Part shown: one piece after another, positions 10,356 through 23,250 of the stretch
How positions within the stretch are numbered: position 1 is the stretch's first letter
Layout: each line of letters opens with the position of its first letter
Assembly: GCA_038087875.1 (NCBI GenBank)
Contig: CM075999.1
Location: forward strand, 3,660,001-3,724,000
From: Malacoraja senta
Taxonomy: Eukaryota
Reading direction: 5' to 3'
DNA length: 64,000 nt
Translations under genes and position numbers: made by a program
Notes under the pieces: generated by a model
Told to the model about the DNA's origin: nothing
The model's input: only the letters and a program-made list of their open reading frames with translations
Database searches by the model: none

Positions 10356-10712
10356 TGCCTTGGTGGTAGAGAGAGCAAATTATCCACTGTACCAATCCAG
10401 CAAAATAACCCCAACATATTCACTAGCCATCCTTCCCATCTTGTATCATGTACTCTTCAATTAGACAACCACCAATTAATGCTTTAAACCCAGACCGTTT
10501 TTGCTCTTTTAGCAAATTTAAACAACTAAAAACGCCCAACGCAGGCGACAATACTTGCGCTGGACTCAGAAACAGATCTTGCAGCAAACAATGGCCTGTT
10601 TCCTTCATCATTGTTACTTATTTGCAAATATTTCATTCATTGTTCTTTATCTCTCTACATCATCGTCCATATCCCTCGTTCCCTTATCCCTAATCAGTGT
10701 GAAGAAGGGCCT

Positions 10713-10930
10713 TGTTGAGTATTTGATGCTTGGAACTGACTTAAAATAACACTCGGACACGGGAGTAAACTAACAAGCTACTTTATTCCAGGACGCCACC
10801 GTGAGTCTCTCCCAGCGCCACATGTGTCCCCTCACACAAGACATCACATATGCTAATTATATCACATACATCACACTGCTCCCCCTTTAACCTGGAGGCA
10901 GGTAACACCATTTATATAACATACACCACA
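10713..10930 (-). mobile_element. Probable solo LTR (218 bp)
   Basis: TG...CA ends with imperfect IR (tgttgagtat / atacaccaca, 8/10); 5-bp TSD ggcct/ggtct; AATAAA on minus (~10782-87); splits a Penelope-type hammerhead motif. Confidence 0.7.
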
Positions 10931-11814
10931 GGTCTCAACACGAAACGTCACCCATTCCTTCTCTCCAGTGATGCTGCCTGTTACTCCAGCATTTTGTGTC
11001 TGTCTTCTAAGCAGGTCTACAATCACATATTACAATCATTCCACACTTTAAAAATCTCTACGCCTTCAGTAACATTTCTCACTTTAAGTATGATATCGGA
11101 CTTTGCTGGCTTTACCTTGCACTAACCGTTATTCCCTTATCATGTATCTATACACTGTAAACGGCTCGATTGTAATCATGTATTGTCTTTCCGCTGACTG
11201 GATAGCACGCAACTAAAGCTTTGCACTGTGCCTCAGCAGAGTCATAGAGTGATACAGTGTGGAAACAGGCCCTTTGCCCCAACGCCTACACCAGCCAACG
11301 CTAAACGTGAGAATAACCTCAACTGTAAAGTATAAACTGTAAGCATCTGTAGAGCTCGGCAAAAGTCGTTGGGGAAATGCCGGACTTCCTTACGAGACTC
11401 AAGATCACCCCAGCGTTAATATCACTCACAATCTGACCTGGGCTAAACACATTAACAGCTACAGTCAAGAAAGCTCGCCAATAGACAATAGACAATAGGT
11501 GCAGGAGTAGGCCATTCAGCCCTTCAAGCCAGCACCGCCATTCAATGTGATCATGGCTGATCATCCCCAATCAGCCAACACCTTGACTTCCTCACCAGAC
11601 TGCGTTGGTGGACTTACACATCTTTATAAGGAGGTGGCAACAGTAATGTTTAAGAAGGCAGCCTAGAAATGGAGCAATATCATGAGTGTACGAGCCAGAA
11701 TCTGAAGCCGACCGCCAGTGGACACAAGGTCCTCCAAGGAAGTACAAATCTTCAGTTCAACACCAACTTCAGCGAGGTCTCTTCAATTAAAAAGATTCAG
11801 GCGTAGACTACTGA

Positions 11815-12135
11815 GACATTTCCACTAGTGGGAGAGTCTAGGACCAGAGGTCACAGCCACAGAATTATAGGAGGTTCTTTTAGGAAGGAGATGAGGAGAA
11901 ATGTATTTAGTCAGAGGGCGGTGAATCTGTGGAATCCATTGCCACAGACGGCTGTGGAGGCCAAGTCAATGGATATTTTTAAGGCAGAGATAGATGGATT
12001 CTTGATTAGTACGGGTGTCAGAGGTTATGGGGAGAAGGCAGGAGAATGGGGTTGGGAGGGAGAGATGGATCAGCGATGGTTGAATGGCGGAATTGACGAT
12101 GGCCCGAATGGCCTAATTCTACTCCTATTCCTTAT
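11815..12135 (+). mobile_element. CR1 LINE 3' fragment
   Basis: GESRTRGHS..FSQRAVNLWN remnant and tail. Confidence 0.85.
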
Positions 12136-12206
12136 CACCACTTTCTTTACTCTCAAAATATTGTGCATGCAAAAGATGCAAATCTTTGTTACTTTTTAAA
12201 GTGACT

Positions 12207-12492
12207 TTAGTCTTTAGTTTAGACTTTAGAGGTACAGGCCCTTCGGCCCACCGAGTCCACGCCGTCCAGCGATCGCCCCGTACACTAGCACTATCTTACA
12301 CAGTAGAGACAATTTACAATTTTAACAAAGCTAATTAAACTAAATTGGAGTGTGGAAGGAAACCGGAGCACCCGGAGAAAACCCACGCGGTCACAGGGAG
12401 AACGTGCAAACTCCGTACACACAGCGCCCGTAGTCAGGATTGAACCCGGGTCTCTGGCGCTGTGAGGCAGCAGCTCTACTGCCGTGACGCCC
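12207..12492 (-). mobile_element. V-SINE
   Basis: Consensus match. Confidence 0.8.
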
Positions 12493-12774
12493 TGTCTGTT
12501 CAACTCTATCCAATCCCTTCTTGCAACTGGCAACATTCTGGTCAACCTTTTTTTACACCAAAGTCTAAACGTCCTTCCTGTACAGGAAGAATAAAAATCT
12601 TGCTTGAAATTCTCAACAAAATTATTGTAATTAAAATGGTCACTAACTCAGAGCAGGTTTACAGTGTCAAGAAGGGGTCTCGACCCGAAACGTCACCCAT
12701 TCCTTCCTCCAGAGATGCTGCCTCACCCGCTGAGTTACTCCAGCATTTTGTGTCTACCTTCAGCTTACGATCAT

Positions 12775-13135
12775 GGAGGGGAGAGAGAGGAGGGAGGAGA
12801 GGAGAGAGAGAGGGAGAGAGAGAGGGAGAGAGAGAGAGAGGGGGAGAGAGAGAGAGAGAGGGAGGAGAGAGGGAGAGAGAGAAGCGAGAGAGAGTGAGGA
12901 GGGGAGAGAGAGAGAGAGGAGAGAGAGAGGAGAGAGAGAGAGAGAGAGAGGGAGAAGAGAAGGGAGGGAGGGAGGAGAGAGAGAGAAGAGGAGGAGAATG
13001 AGAGATAGAGAGAGGGAGATAGAATGAGAGAGAGAGAGAGAGAGAGAGAGAGTGAGAGAGAGGGAGAGAGAGGGAGAGAGAGGGAGAGAGAGGGAGAGAG
13101 AGGGAGGGAGAGGGGAGAGAGAGGGAGAGAGAGAG
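12775..13135. repeat. (GA)-rich polypurine microsatellite
   Basis: ~360 bp of almost pure G/A. Confidence 0.97.
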
Positions 13136-13203
13136 GTGGTTAATGTAACCCACTTCATTGCAGATTGAGCCAGGATTGGGCAGTGTGAGGTGGATGTACT
13201 CAC

Positions 13204-13560
13204 CCCACAGACAGCTACCAGTCAACTGGTCAGCGCCCCTGCACATCGCTGCCCGACTCAGACAGGTTGCAGGCTGGGTTGTTTGGAGCCCGTGGTCACT
13301 GGGAGAGTCCTCCCCCCTCCATGACCCCCCAAGTGTAACGAGTGCCCGTCTCCAGTCGCAGCCCCGCGGTGAGGAAGGAAGAGTGACCACGAGAGCGGAC
13401 GGTAAAGCTCTCTCTCCTCTGTGAGATTGAGAGCAGGAAACAGCTGCACTCGCTGAGTCCTGCAGCTCCACACACACACATTGCATCTACAGCTCCACTG
13501 CTCGCTGAGTTTCACTGCCTGCCAGTCCCACATGGACCTGCAGGAAGAGCAGCCAATCTG
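13204..13560 (-). promoter_or_regulatory. Candidate promoter / non-coding first exon of the kinase gene
   Basis: Unique GC-rich island with CpGs; consensus donor GG|gtgagt at 13203-13198 in the gene's orientation; CCAAT near 13552. 5' boundary unknown. Confidence 0.45.
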
Positions 13561-13754
13561 CTTGGGGTCAGGGACACAGATGCCTCCAGCATCTCTATTG
13601 TCCACAGTCAAAGCTATTTCCTCCGTTTAGATTACACAAAGGGTTGCAGTTTTGTGAGCGCCGTTCCCAACTGGCCTTGACTGTCCAAGCGCTTACAGAT
13701 CACAGATTAACACCAAACAAATGGCAAAAGTGTTCATTTGGCCGCCATGGAGTC

Positions 13755-14057
13755 TTTAGCTTTAGAGATACAGCGCAGAAACGGGCCCTTCGGCCCATCG
13801 AGTCCGTTCAGACCAGCGATCCCGCACACTAACACTATCCTACACAATAGAGACAACTTACAATTTTACCCAAAGCCAATTAACCTACAAACCTGCACGT
13901 CTTTGGAGTGTGGGAGGCAACCTGAGCACCCGGAGAAAACCCACGCGGTCACCGGGAAGATGTACAAACTCCGTAGAGACAGCACCCGTAGTCAGGATCG
14001 AACCCAGGTTTGTGGTGCTGCGAGGCAGCAACTCTACCGCTGCACCACAGTGCCGCC
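13755..14057 (-). mobile_element. V-SINE
   Basis: Consensus match. Confidence 0.8.
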
Positions 14058-14329
14058 CAGTGTCCTAGATCATACATCATGGAAAAAGGCCCTTCTGCCC
14101 GACTTGCCCATAACAACCAAGATGCCCCATCTGCACCAGTCCCACCTTGGCCCATATCCTTCTAAACCTTTCCTATCCATGTACCTGTCCAATGACTCCA
14201 GTCCTGGTAAACCACCCGTAGGGCAATTGGAAAGGGTGCAGAACGTGGTACCTGGACTTCAATAGTTCAACGGTACTTCATTGTCAAATAGATCAGCTGC
14301 AGCAGAATTCCTTTCTTGAATATGAATAT

Positions 14330-14745
14330 GAATATGAATGAATATAACTTTAATTGTCATTCAGGTATACACATAGACACAGTGCACATTGAACGGAATT
14401 TCGTTGCATTGACTCTTCAAAGTAACAGCGATCAGTAAAAGTGCTTAGTGTGTCCATAAAAAGTGCTTCGTGTGCATAGTTAAAAAAGGAAAGTTTTTAA
14501 AAGTGGCAATGTATAAGAAAGTTTTTTGCATTGGTTTGACTGTGAGCTTCAATAATCTTATGGCCTGGGGATGAAGCTGTTGCAGAACCTGGTTGTCCGG
14601 CCCTTCATGCTGCGGTACCTCCTCCCAGAGTTCAGCAGTGTAAACAGACCATATTGTGGGTGTGTGGGGGCCTCTGGTAATGCCCTTAGCTCTTGACAGA
14701 GAGCGTTTGTAACCAATGTCCATGATGGAAGGAAGTGAGGCATAG
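14330..14745 (-). mobile_element. Rex1/Babar-like LINE 3' fragment
   Basis: THPQYGLFTLLNSGRRYRSMKGRTTRFCNSFIP. Confidence 0.75.
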
Positions 14746-15619
14746 AAATGCATAGAAAAAACTTACTATCGATACGAAGAACCAAGGAACTGCAGATGTC
14801 GGTCTGAAGAAGGGACCCCATCTGTGAAACCACCTATCCCATGTTCTCCACAGATGCTGCCTGACCCGCTGAGTTACTCCAGCACTTTGTCTCTTCTTTT
14901 GTAAACCAGCATCTGCCATTCCTTGTTTCCACTTATTATTATAAGGCCTATAGTGAGATCTTGCATTATAATCTCATCATCACAGAATCATAGTCGTACA
15001 GAGTAGAAACAGGCCCCTCAGCCCAGCTTGCCCACTCTGGCTGACATGTCCCATCTACACTAATCCCACCTGCCCGTGTTGGGCCCCCATAGCCCTCAAA
15101 ACCTGTCATCTCCATCTCCCTGTCCAATTGTCTCTTCAATGTTAACCTGCCTCAACTACATCCTCGGCAGCTCGTTCCATACACCCACCATCCTTTGTGT
15201 CAAAAACTTGAGGTTTCTATCAAATCTTTTCCCCCCTCACCTTACACCCATGTCCTCTGGTTCTCGATTCCCCGACTCTGGGCAAGAGACTCTCTGCGTT
15301 CATCTACTCCATTTCTCTCATGATGTGCATCTCTATCATGTAATCTGCTGTTTTATACTTCAGAGGGGCAGCCATTTCAAAACTGTGAGCGTTCACCTCG
15401 TACATTCAACGCCGTCCATCTGCGAGTGAATACGTTAATTGGCCAAGTATTCACATACAAGGAATTTGCCTTGGTGCTCCGCCCGCAATTGACAACATGA
15501 CATACAGTGACATCTCTGGGACATTGTGAGGAATCAATGTAATATATTCCTTGAACAGATTTCTCCAAGTGCTTTCTGGAAACACGACCATACTACAGGA
15601 TCCTGCTTTAACTTTTCAG

Positions 15620-16085
15620 TCGTCAAGTCACTTTTATTTATATAGCACATTTAAAAAACAACTCTCGTTGGCCAAAGTGCTTTACATTTGTTATAAGAAT
15701 AGTATAGACAAACAAACTACATACATATATACATGTAGCCCTCACTCAGAGGATGTCAGGAAAGGCTTGGGAGTATAGCTAAGTCTTTAGTCTTGACTTA
15801 AAAGAGTCGATGGAGGGGGCAGTTCTGATGGGAAGGGGGATGCTGTTCCACAGTCTAGGAGCTGCAACCGCAAAGGCCCGGTCGCCCCTGAGCTTATGCC
15901 TAGACCGTGGGATATTCAGCAACCCCAAGTCGGCCGATCTGAGGGACCTGGAGGTGGAGTGGTGGGTGAGAAGACTTTTTATGTAGGTGGGGGCAAGCCC
16001 ATTGAGGGCTTTGTAGACATGGAGGAGGATCTTGAAACGTATACGGAACCGCACGGGGAGCCAGTGGAGAGAGGCCAGGATCGGG
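15620..16085 (-). mobile_element. L2-clade LINE 3' fragment
   Basis: LASLHWLPVRFRIRFKILLHVYKALNGLAPTYI..RSLRS..GDRAFAVAAPRLWNSIP..SFKSRLKT. Confidence 0.9.
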
Positions 16086-16640
16086 GTCCCTTTTCCGGGT
16101 GCCCGTCAGGAGTCTCGCTGTGGCGTTTTGGACCAGTTGCAGAGAGCAGTCCTGAACTACTATCTACCTCATTAGAGACTCTCGGGCTATCTTTGATCGG
16201 TCTTTATTGACTTGACCTTGCACTAAACGTTATTCACTCATCATGTATCTGTACAATGTCAATGGCTGGATTGCAATCATGTATTGTCTTCCCGCTGACT
16301 GGCTCGGACACAACCAAAGCCTTTTCACTGTACCTCGGTACACGTGACCATAAACTCAACTCAACTTGATCAGTATTTGAGGTTAACTGATCAATGACAA
16401 ATGAAATAAGGCGTTTGCACCAAGATTAACGCCAGCCGTCACATGAAGCACTGTCACATAGCCTGCCCAGGGGTCACTCAGTGGGTCAGAGCCTGTATCA
16501 GTGGACCCACACACACACAGTTCTCAGCACAATCTCTCACCACAACACAGATAATGCAGGAACAAGCCACGGCCTGTGCTAAAATAATTCCTGCGGTTCA
16601 TCCTCACAGTGACTCAACTCTGGGCAAAGCCTAGGAGGGA

Positions 16641-17080
16641 TTCTCACTCGCTCTCTCTCTCTCTCTCTCACTCACACATACTGTACTTGCTATCTCTCTC
16701 TCTCTCTCTCTCTCTCACTCACACATACTGTACTTGCTATCTCTCTTTCTCTCTCTCTCTCTCTCATTCTCTCCCTCTCTCACATGTACTTGCTCTCTTC
16801 CCCCCTCTCTCTCTCTCTCACACTCTCTCCCACTCTCAATCTTCAAATATTTCTCTCTATCTATTGCTCTCTCTCTCGCTCATTCTCTCTCTCAATCCGC
16901 ATGTATTCTCTCTCTATCTATCTCTGTCTTTACATTTTCTCTCTATCTTTCACTTGCTCTCTATCTGCCTTCACTTACGCTCTATCTTTCACTCGTTCTA
17001 TCTCTCTCTCTCTCTCTCCCTCTCTCTCTCCCTCGCTTACTCATTTTACTCTCTCTCTCTATCTATCTATCTATCGCTCT
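16641..17080. repeat. (CT)-rich degenerate microsatellite
   Basis: Polypyrimidine tract with an internal repeated cacatactgtacttgcta unit. Confidence 0.95.
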
Positions 17081-17530
17081 CCTGCTATTGAGGGAGTGCA
17101 GCGTAGGTTCACCAGGTTAATTCCCGGGATGGCAGGACTGTAATTTGCTGAGAGAATGGAGCGGCTGGGCTTGTACACTCTGGAGATTAGAAGGATGAGA
17201 GGGAATCTTATTGAAACATATAAGATAATTAAAGGTTTGGACACGCTAGAGGCAGGAAACATGTTCCCGATGTTGGGGGAGTCCAGAACCAGGGGCCACA
17301 GTTTAAGAATAAGGGGTAAGCCATTTAGAACGGAGACGAGGAAACACGTTTTCACCCAGAGAGTTGTGAGTCTGTGGAATTCTCTGCCTCAGGGAGCGGT
17401 GGAGGCCGGTTCTCTGGCGATATGGGGAGAAGGCAGGAACGGGGTACTGATTGGGGATGATCAGCCATGATCACATTGAATGGCGGTGCTGGCTTGAAGG
17501 GCTGAATGGCCTACTCCTACACCTATTGTC
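17081..17530 (+). mobile_element. CR1 LINE 3' fragment
   Basis: AIEGVQRRFTRLIPGM..RRMRGNLIETYKII..FTQRVVSLWNSLP. Confidence 0.9.
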
Positions 17531-17879
17531 TCTCTCTCTCTCTGGTTCTGCATCTAAGAGATAGTTCTGGGCGCTGAATGAACTGTCAGATCTTCATCGA
17601 CCTGCCCCCCACGTTTCCCTCCCCTCCACGAGGTGTTTGTTGATGTCCGTGCATCCTCCTTCTTGCTCCCTCAGGCTGATTGAAATGGAGCAAATGCTGG
17701 CAGGTGGGACTAGTGTATCTGGGACATGTTGGCCAGTATGGGCAAGTTGGGCCGAAGGGCCTGTTTCAACGCTGTATCACTCTATGACTCCATAGACATA
17801 AAATGCTGGAGCAACTGTGCAGGAACGGCAGCATCTCTGGACAGAAGGATTGGGTGACGTTGTTTTGTGTCTTTTAGTT

Positions 17880-18188
17880 GTTTTAGTGCAGAAACAGGCC
17901 CTTCGGCCCACTGTGTCCGCACCAACCAGCGATCCCCTACTATCCACACTATCCTACACGCACTAGGGACAATTTACACTAAAACCAAGTATACAAATCT
18001 AAGCCAATTAACCTACAAACCTGCACGTCTTTGGAGTGTGGGAGGAAACCGGAGCACCCGGAGAAAACCCACGCGGTCACGGGGAGAACGTACAAACTCC
18101 GTACAGACAGCACCCGTAGTCAGGATGGAACCCGGGTCTCTGGCGCTGTGAGACAGCAGCTCTACCCGCTGTGCCACCGTGCCGCCCT
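17880..18188 (-). mobile_element. V-SINE
   Basis: Consensus match. Confidence 0.8.
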
Positions 18189-18868
18189 TATAAAGAAAAC
18201 GTCACCCATTCCTTCTGTCCAGAGATGCTGCCTGTCCCTCCGAGTTACTCCAGCATCTTGTGACTAGTTTGGGTGCCGGCAACAGTATATTTTCAGAGAG
18301 ATTCAATATTTTTGTTCACTGACCATTTGGGCACTGCAGAGTTATTTGAGATGATATAAGCTGGCATCTCCACACTCTCCCCACTGTGTACAAGCCCCCC
18401 AAGGTTTCTCCTGATGTCCTTTCCTATTATTTATCCCCCCCCCTCCGATGATCCCACCTGCCTTGGTTACGACGTTCATTCTCCTTCCGCTTCAGATCTA
18501 TAAACCTGTGGCCGCAAACACAATGAGGAAGGAACTGCAGGTGCTGGTTTACACCGAACATAGACGCAAAATGCTGGAGTAACTCAGTGGGACAGGCAGC
18601 ATCTCTGGAGAGAAGGAACGGGTGATGCTTCGGGTCGACACCCATTCCTTCTCTCCACAGATGCTGCCTGACCCGCTGAGTTACTCCAGCACTCTGTGAA
18701 ACGTCACCTATCCATGTTCTCCACAGATGCTGCCCGAGTTGATATTTTATCATTAACATGCTCTTATCCAGTACCACTCTGGGAACTCCGCATGGGGTCT
18801 GCTTTAGCTCCATGCAGGATTTTCACTGCGGGTCAAGTTGAAAGGGGATTTTTAGCAAGATTCAAAAT

Positions 18869-18940
18869 GGGAAGTGAAACTGAATATCACAATTATTTCC
18901 AGGGCAGTTTCCATTTTTATACATCTGCCGTTTCATTTCT
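18869..18940. promoter_or_regulatory. Candidate Ets-IRF composite (EICE) + ISRE-like motifs
   Basis: GGAAGTGAAACT at 18870-18881; GAAATGAAAC on minus at 18930-18939, within unique sequence. Confidence 0.45.
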
Positions 18941-20439
18941 TTTCCCTCTTTCCTCACGGAAACCGCAGCTGCTATTCTTGGCCCAGGGGCAGGAGCTGAA
19001 ACATTTGGTCACGGTGCCAGGAACAGACAGCGGAGGTTGCCAGAGTTGGGAAACACTGGATTTACACAAGGCAGGTTCTAGGTGGAGTTAGCTACACACT
19101 TGTGTTCACTCAAAGGCTCTTGCTGTAGATGGGCGCTGGCAACGGACAATCTCTGTCCATATCAGCACATTCCCCTTGTACAACAGGCGCAGCACAGTGG
19201 CGCAGCGGTAGAGTTGCTGCCTTACAACACTTGCAGCGCCCCGAGACCCGGGTTCGATCCCGGCCACGGATGCTGCCAAACCGAGTTTAAACCACGTGGG
19301 TTTTCTCCGAGATCTTCGGTTTCCTCCCACACTCCAATGACGTACAAGTTTGTTGGTTAATTGACTTGGTATAAATGTAAATTGTCCCTAGTGTGTGTAG
19401 GACAGTGTTACTGTGCGGGGATCGGGATCGAACCCAGGTCTCCGTCGCTGTAAGGCAGCAACTCTACCTCTGCCCCACCATGCCACCCGCTCAGTTACTG
19501 CTCACCGATGATTCATTTAGTGTTTAATTGATTATGCGATATTTATGTGAGTGTTACTGTGTTAATGGGCCTGTATGTCCACAAACATACCATGTGTACA
19601 TCCCACCAGCTTGCAATTACACCCTTACCCAGTGTGTGTGCGCCCATACTCTCTCTCCCCTACCTCCTCTCCCCTCCCTCCCTCCCTCTCCTCCCTCCCT
19701 CTCCTCACTCCCTCCCTCCCTCCCCTCCTCCCTCTCTCCATTTTATTAATTTGTTCACAAATCTGTCCGTTCAAGTCCTGACAAACTAACACGTTGGAGC
19801 CGGATTCAAATCGTCTTTGGTCCAAGGGTCTAAATAAGCCGCAAGGCCTTTTGTTCAGATCCGGTCAGGAAACTCCAACCCTCAGAAAAGCTGAGACCTT
19901 TGACCGGAGCTACGGTCAACCCACTCACTGTTGCCATGGAAACCCTCTCACTGAGTAATTATAGCTGTGGGCAAATATCATCTGGTGCATCGTAACTACC
20001 AAAGATCTCCTCTTCAAACAGACTCGCTTTAGAGAGAAGTGAGGCTGCAGGAAGGAACTGCAGGTGCTGGTTTGTACCGAAGATAGACACAAAGTGCTGG
20101 AGTAACTCAGCGGGACAGGCAGCATCTCTGGAGAGAAGGAACGGGTGACGTTTCAGGTCGAGACCCTTCTTCAGGCTTGAGATAATAATGTCCCAGTGAA
20201 CGAACCTCCATCTCCGTGGGAATCCCGTTCCCTGCTCGTTCCTGCCCCAGCATATGGAAGGGCCGTTCAGAAGCCTGATAACAGAGGGGAAGAAGCTGTT
20301 CCTGAGTCTGGTGGTCTGGGCTTTCAAGCTTCTGTACCTTCTGCCGGACGGGAGCGGGGAGAAGAAGGAATGACTGGGGTGGGACAAGTCTTTGCTTATT
20401 TGGCTGCTTTTCTGAGGCAGCGTGAAGTAAAATGTAACC

Positions 20440-20715
20440 AGGAGGAATAGCACCTCATATTTCGCTTGGGTAGTTAAGACCCCAGCGGTATGAAGATTGA
20501 CTTCTCCAACTTCAGATAGCCCTGGCTTTCCCTATCTCTCCCCTCCCCTTATCCCACCAGTCTTACTGTCTCCAACTACATTCTATCTCTGTACTGCCCA
20601 CTCCCCTGTAATCAGTCTGAAGAAGCGTCTCGACCCGAAACGTCACCCATCGTCATACCTTCTCTCCACAGATGCTGCCTGTCCCGCTGAGTTTCTCCAG
20701 CTTTTTTGTGTCTAT
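20440..20715 (+). mobile_element. Penelope-like 3' fragment with hammerhead motif
   Basis: EE*HLIFRLGS*DPSGMKIDFSNFR remnant, then ctgaagaagcgtctcgacccgaaacgtc. Confidence 0.75.
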
Positions 20716-20817
20716 TCAGAACCTGAAACCTCATCTCCCCATTCCTTCCACAGATGCTGCCTGACCCACTGAGTTCCTCCAGTACTGTGTGTTTTACTGC
20801 TGCATGCTACTTTTGGG

Positions 20818-21094
20818 TGGCACGATGGCACAGCAGTAAAGCTACTCCCCCTCAGCCCCAGAGACCCGGGTTCGATCCTGACTACGGGTGCTGTCTGTAC
20901 GGAGTTTGTACGTTCTCCCAGTGACTGCCTGGGCTTTCTCCGAGATCTTCGGTTTCCTCCCACACTCCAAAGGTACAGGTTTGTAGGTTAATTGGCTTGG
21001 TGTGTGTAGGATAGTGTTAGTGTGCGGGGATCGCTGGTCAGTACGGACTCGGTGGGCCGAAGGGCCTGTTTCCGTGTTGTATCTCTAAACTAAA
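20818..21094 (+). mobile_element. V-SINE
   Basis: Consensus match. Confidence 0.8.
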
Positions 21095-21104
21095 CAATAT
21101 TTAG

Positions 21105-21632
21105 TTTAGGACATTCTTGCTATTGAGGGAGCGCAGCGTAGGTTCACCAGGTTAATTCCTAGGATGGTGGGACTGTCATATGGTGAAAGAATGGAGCGGC
21201 TGGGCTTGTATACTCTGGGGTTTAGAAGGATGAGAGGCTATCTTATAGAAACATAAAAATTCTTAAGGGATCGGACAGGCTAGATGCAGGAAACATGTTC
21301 CCGATGTTGGGGGAGTCCAGAACCAGGGGCTACAGTTTAAGAATAAGAGGAAGGCCATTTAGAACTGAGATGAGGAAACATTTTTTCACACAGAGAGTGG
21401 TGAATTTGTGGAATTCTCTGCCTCAGAAGAGAGTGGAGGCCGATTTACTGGACGCATTCAAGAGAGAGTAAGAGTAGATAGAGCTCTTAGTGCTAGAGGA
21501 ATCAAGGGATATGGGGAGAAGGCAGGAACGGGGTACTGATTGTGGATGATCAGCCATGATCACAATGAATGGCGGTGCTGGCTCGAAGGGCCGAATGGCC
21601 TCCTCCTGCACCTATTTTCTATGTTTCTATGT
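21105..21632 (+). mobile_element. CR1 LINE 3' fragment
   Basis: Same family as 3780-4413 and 17081-17530. Confidence 0.85.
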
Positions 21633-22586
21633 TTGTATTGTGGTCCATCAGTAAGTGTGTGTCTTTATCTGTGCAGTCCGTCTGCTAAGCGCACACAGAC
21701 ATCGTACACATGTTCAGGAAGGCACGCACACGCATGTAGAGAGTAAACGACATGTTGGCGCAGATCTTTGCAAAATGAGAATTTCCGGTGCCAAATAAAA
21801 TTCAATTTGCTGAATTCTGAGTCAGATCTCGAGCTTGACTGAAATGATCTTTGTGCTTTTCCCAAATCACGTTTAAAATAAAAAAAACACAGCTTTGTAA
21901 ATCGTAATAAGTGGCCTACATTTCAAATCCACAGTGACTTTAAATAAGTCTGCCAATTGACACTGTCGCATTTATAAAATACCAGTCCATCAAAGTACTT
22001 TAATGAAACCATTGTTATTCCCTGACATTTTGCCTCAAGTACTTTGCTGCCATTTTCAAAATCTATTTTAAATCACTTCAGAGTCATCCAACTGTGAATA
22101 AAATCATTAGCCAGAAGACTTGGACCAGTACAGCATAGGGACAGAGTCTTCGGCCCTCAATGTCCGTGCTGAACATAAACTGATCCCCCTCTGCCTGCAC
22201 GTGATCCGTATCCTTCCATTCCCTGCATATCCACGTGCCTGTCTAAAAGCCTCTTAAACGCCACTATCGTATCTGCCTCCACCCCCACCCCTGGCCGCGC
22301 GTTCCAGGCACCCACCACCCTCTGTGTAAAAATACCTGCCCCCCCCACATCTCCTTTAAACGTCGCCCCTCTCACCTTAAAGCTATGCCCCCCTCTACTT
22401 TTTGACATTCATAGGTTCTAGGAGCAGAATTAGGCCATTCAGCCCATCAAGTCTATTCGCCCTGGGAAAAAGGTTGTGCCTGTCTACCCTATCCATGCCT
22501 CTCATTATTGAATACACCTCCAGCAGGTTTGCCCTCAATCATTTAACACAAAGCAACAAAATATATATTCTCTCCGACTGAAGAGT

Positions 22587-23250
22587 GGTCACGGTGGCGC
22601 AGCGGTAGAGTTACTGCCTTGCAGCGAATGCTGCGCCGGAGACCCGGGTTCGATCCCGACTACGGAGTTTGTACGTACGTTCTCCCCGTGACCTGCGTAG
22701 GCTTTCTCCGAGATCTTCGGTTTCCTCCCACACTCCATAGACGTACAGGTTTGCAGGTTGATTGGCTTGGTAAATGTAAAATTGTCCCTAGTGGGTGTAG
22801 GGTGGTGTTAATGTGCGGGGATCGCTGGTCGGTGCGGACCCGGTGGGCCGAAGGGCCTGTTTCCGTGCTGTATCTCTAAACTAAACTAACCGTTCTCCAC
22901 CAAATGTCCCACAAAGGCAGTGACTTTGGGCAGTAACGTTACAGAATTAGACTTTAATAGATACAGCATGGAGTCAGGCCCCTCGGCCCACCTTATCTGC
23001 GCTGACCAGCCTGCACACCAGCACTATCCTACACACACTGGGGACAATTTACAACTTTGCTAAAGCCAATTAACCAACAAATCTGCACGTTTTTGGAGTG
23101 TGGGAGGAAACCGGAGCACCCGGAGAAAACCCACGCAGGTCACGGGGAGAACGTACAAACTCCGTACAGAAAGCACCCGTAGTCAGGATGGAACCCGGGT
23201 CTCTGGTGCTGTGAGGCAGCAGCTCTACCCGCTGCACCACCGAAGCCGCC
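22587..23250. mobile_element. Two V-SINEs, tail-to-tail (22587-22888 +, 22950-23250 -)
   Basis: Consensus matches. Confidence 0.8.

Noticed and set aside
12462..13486. Long ORFs (179, 275, 147 aa)
   Set aside because: Produced by the stop-free GA/CT microsatellite.
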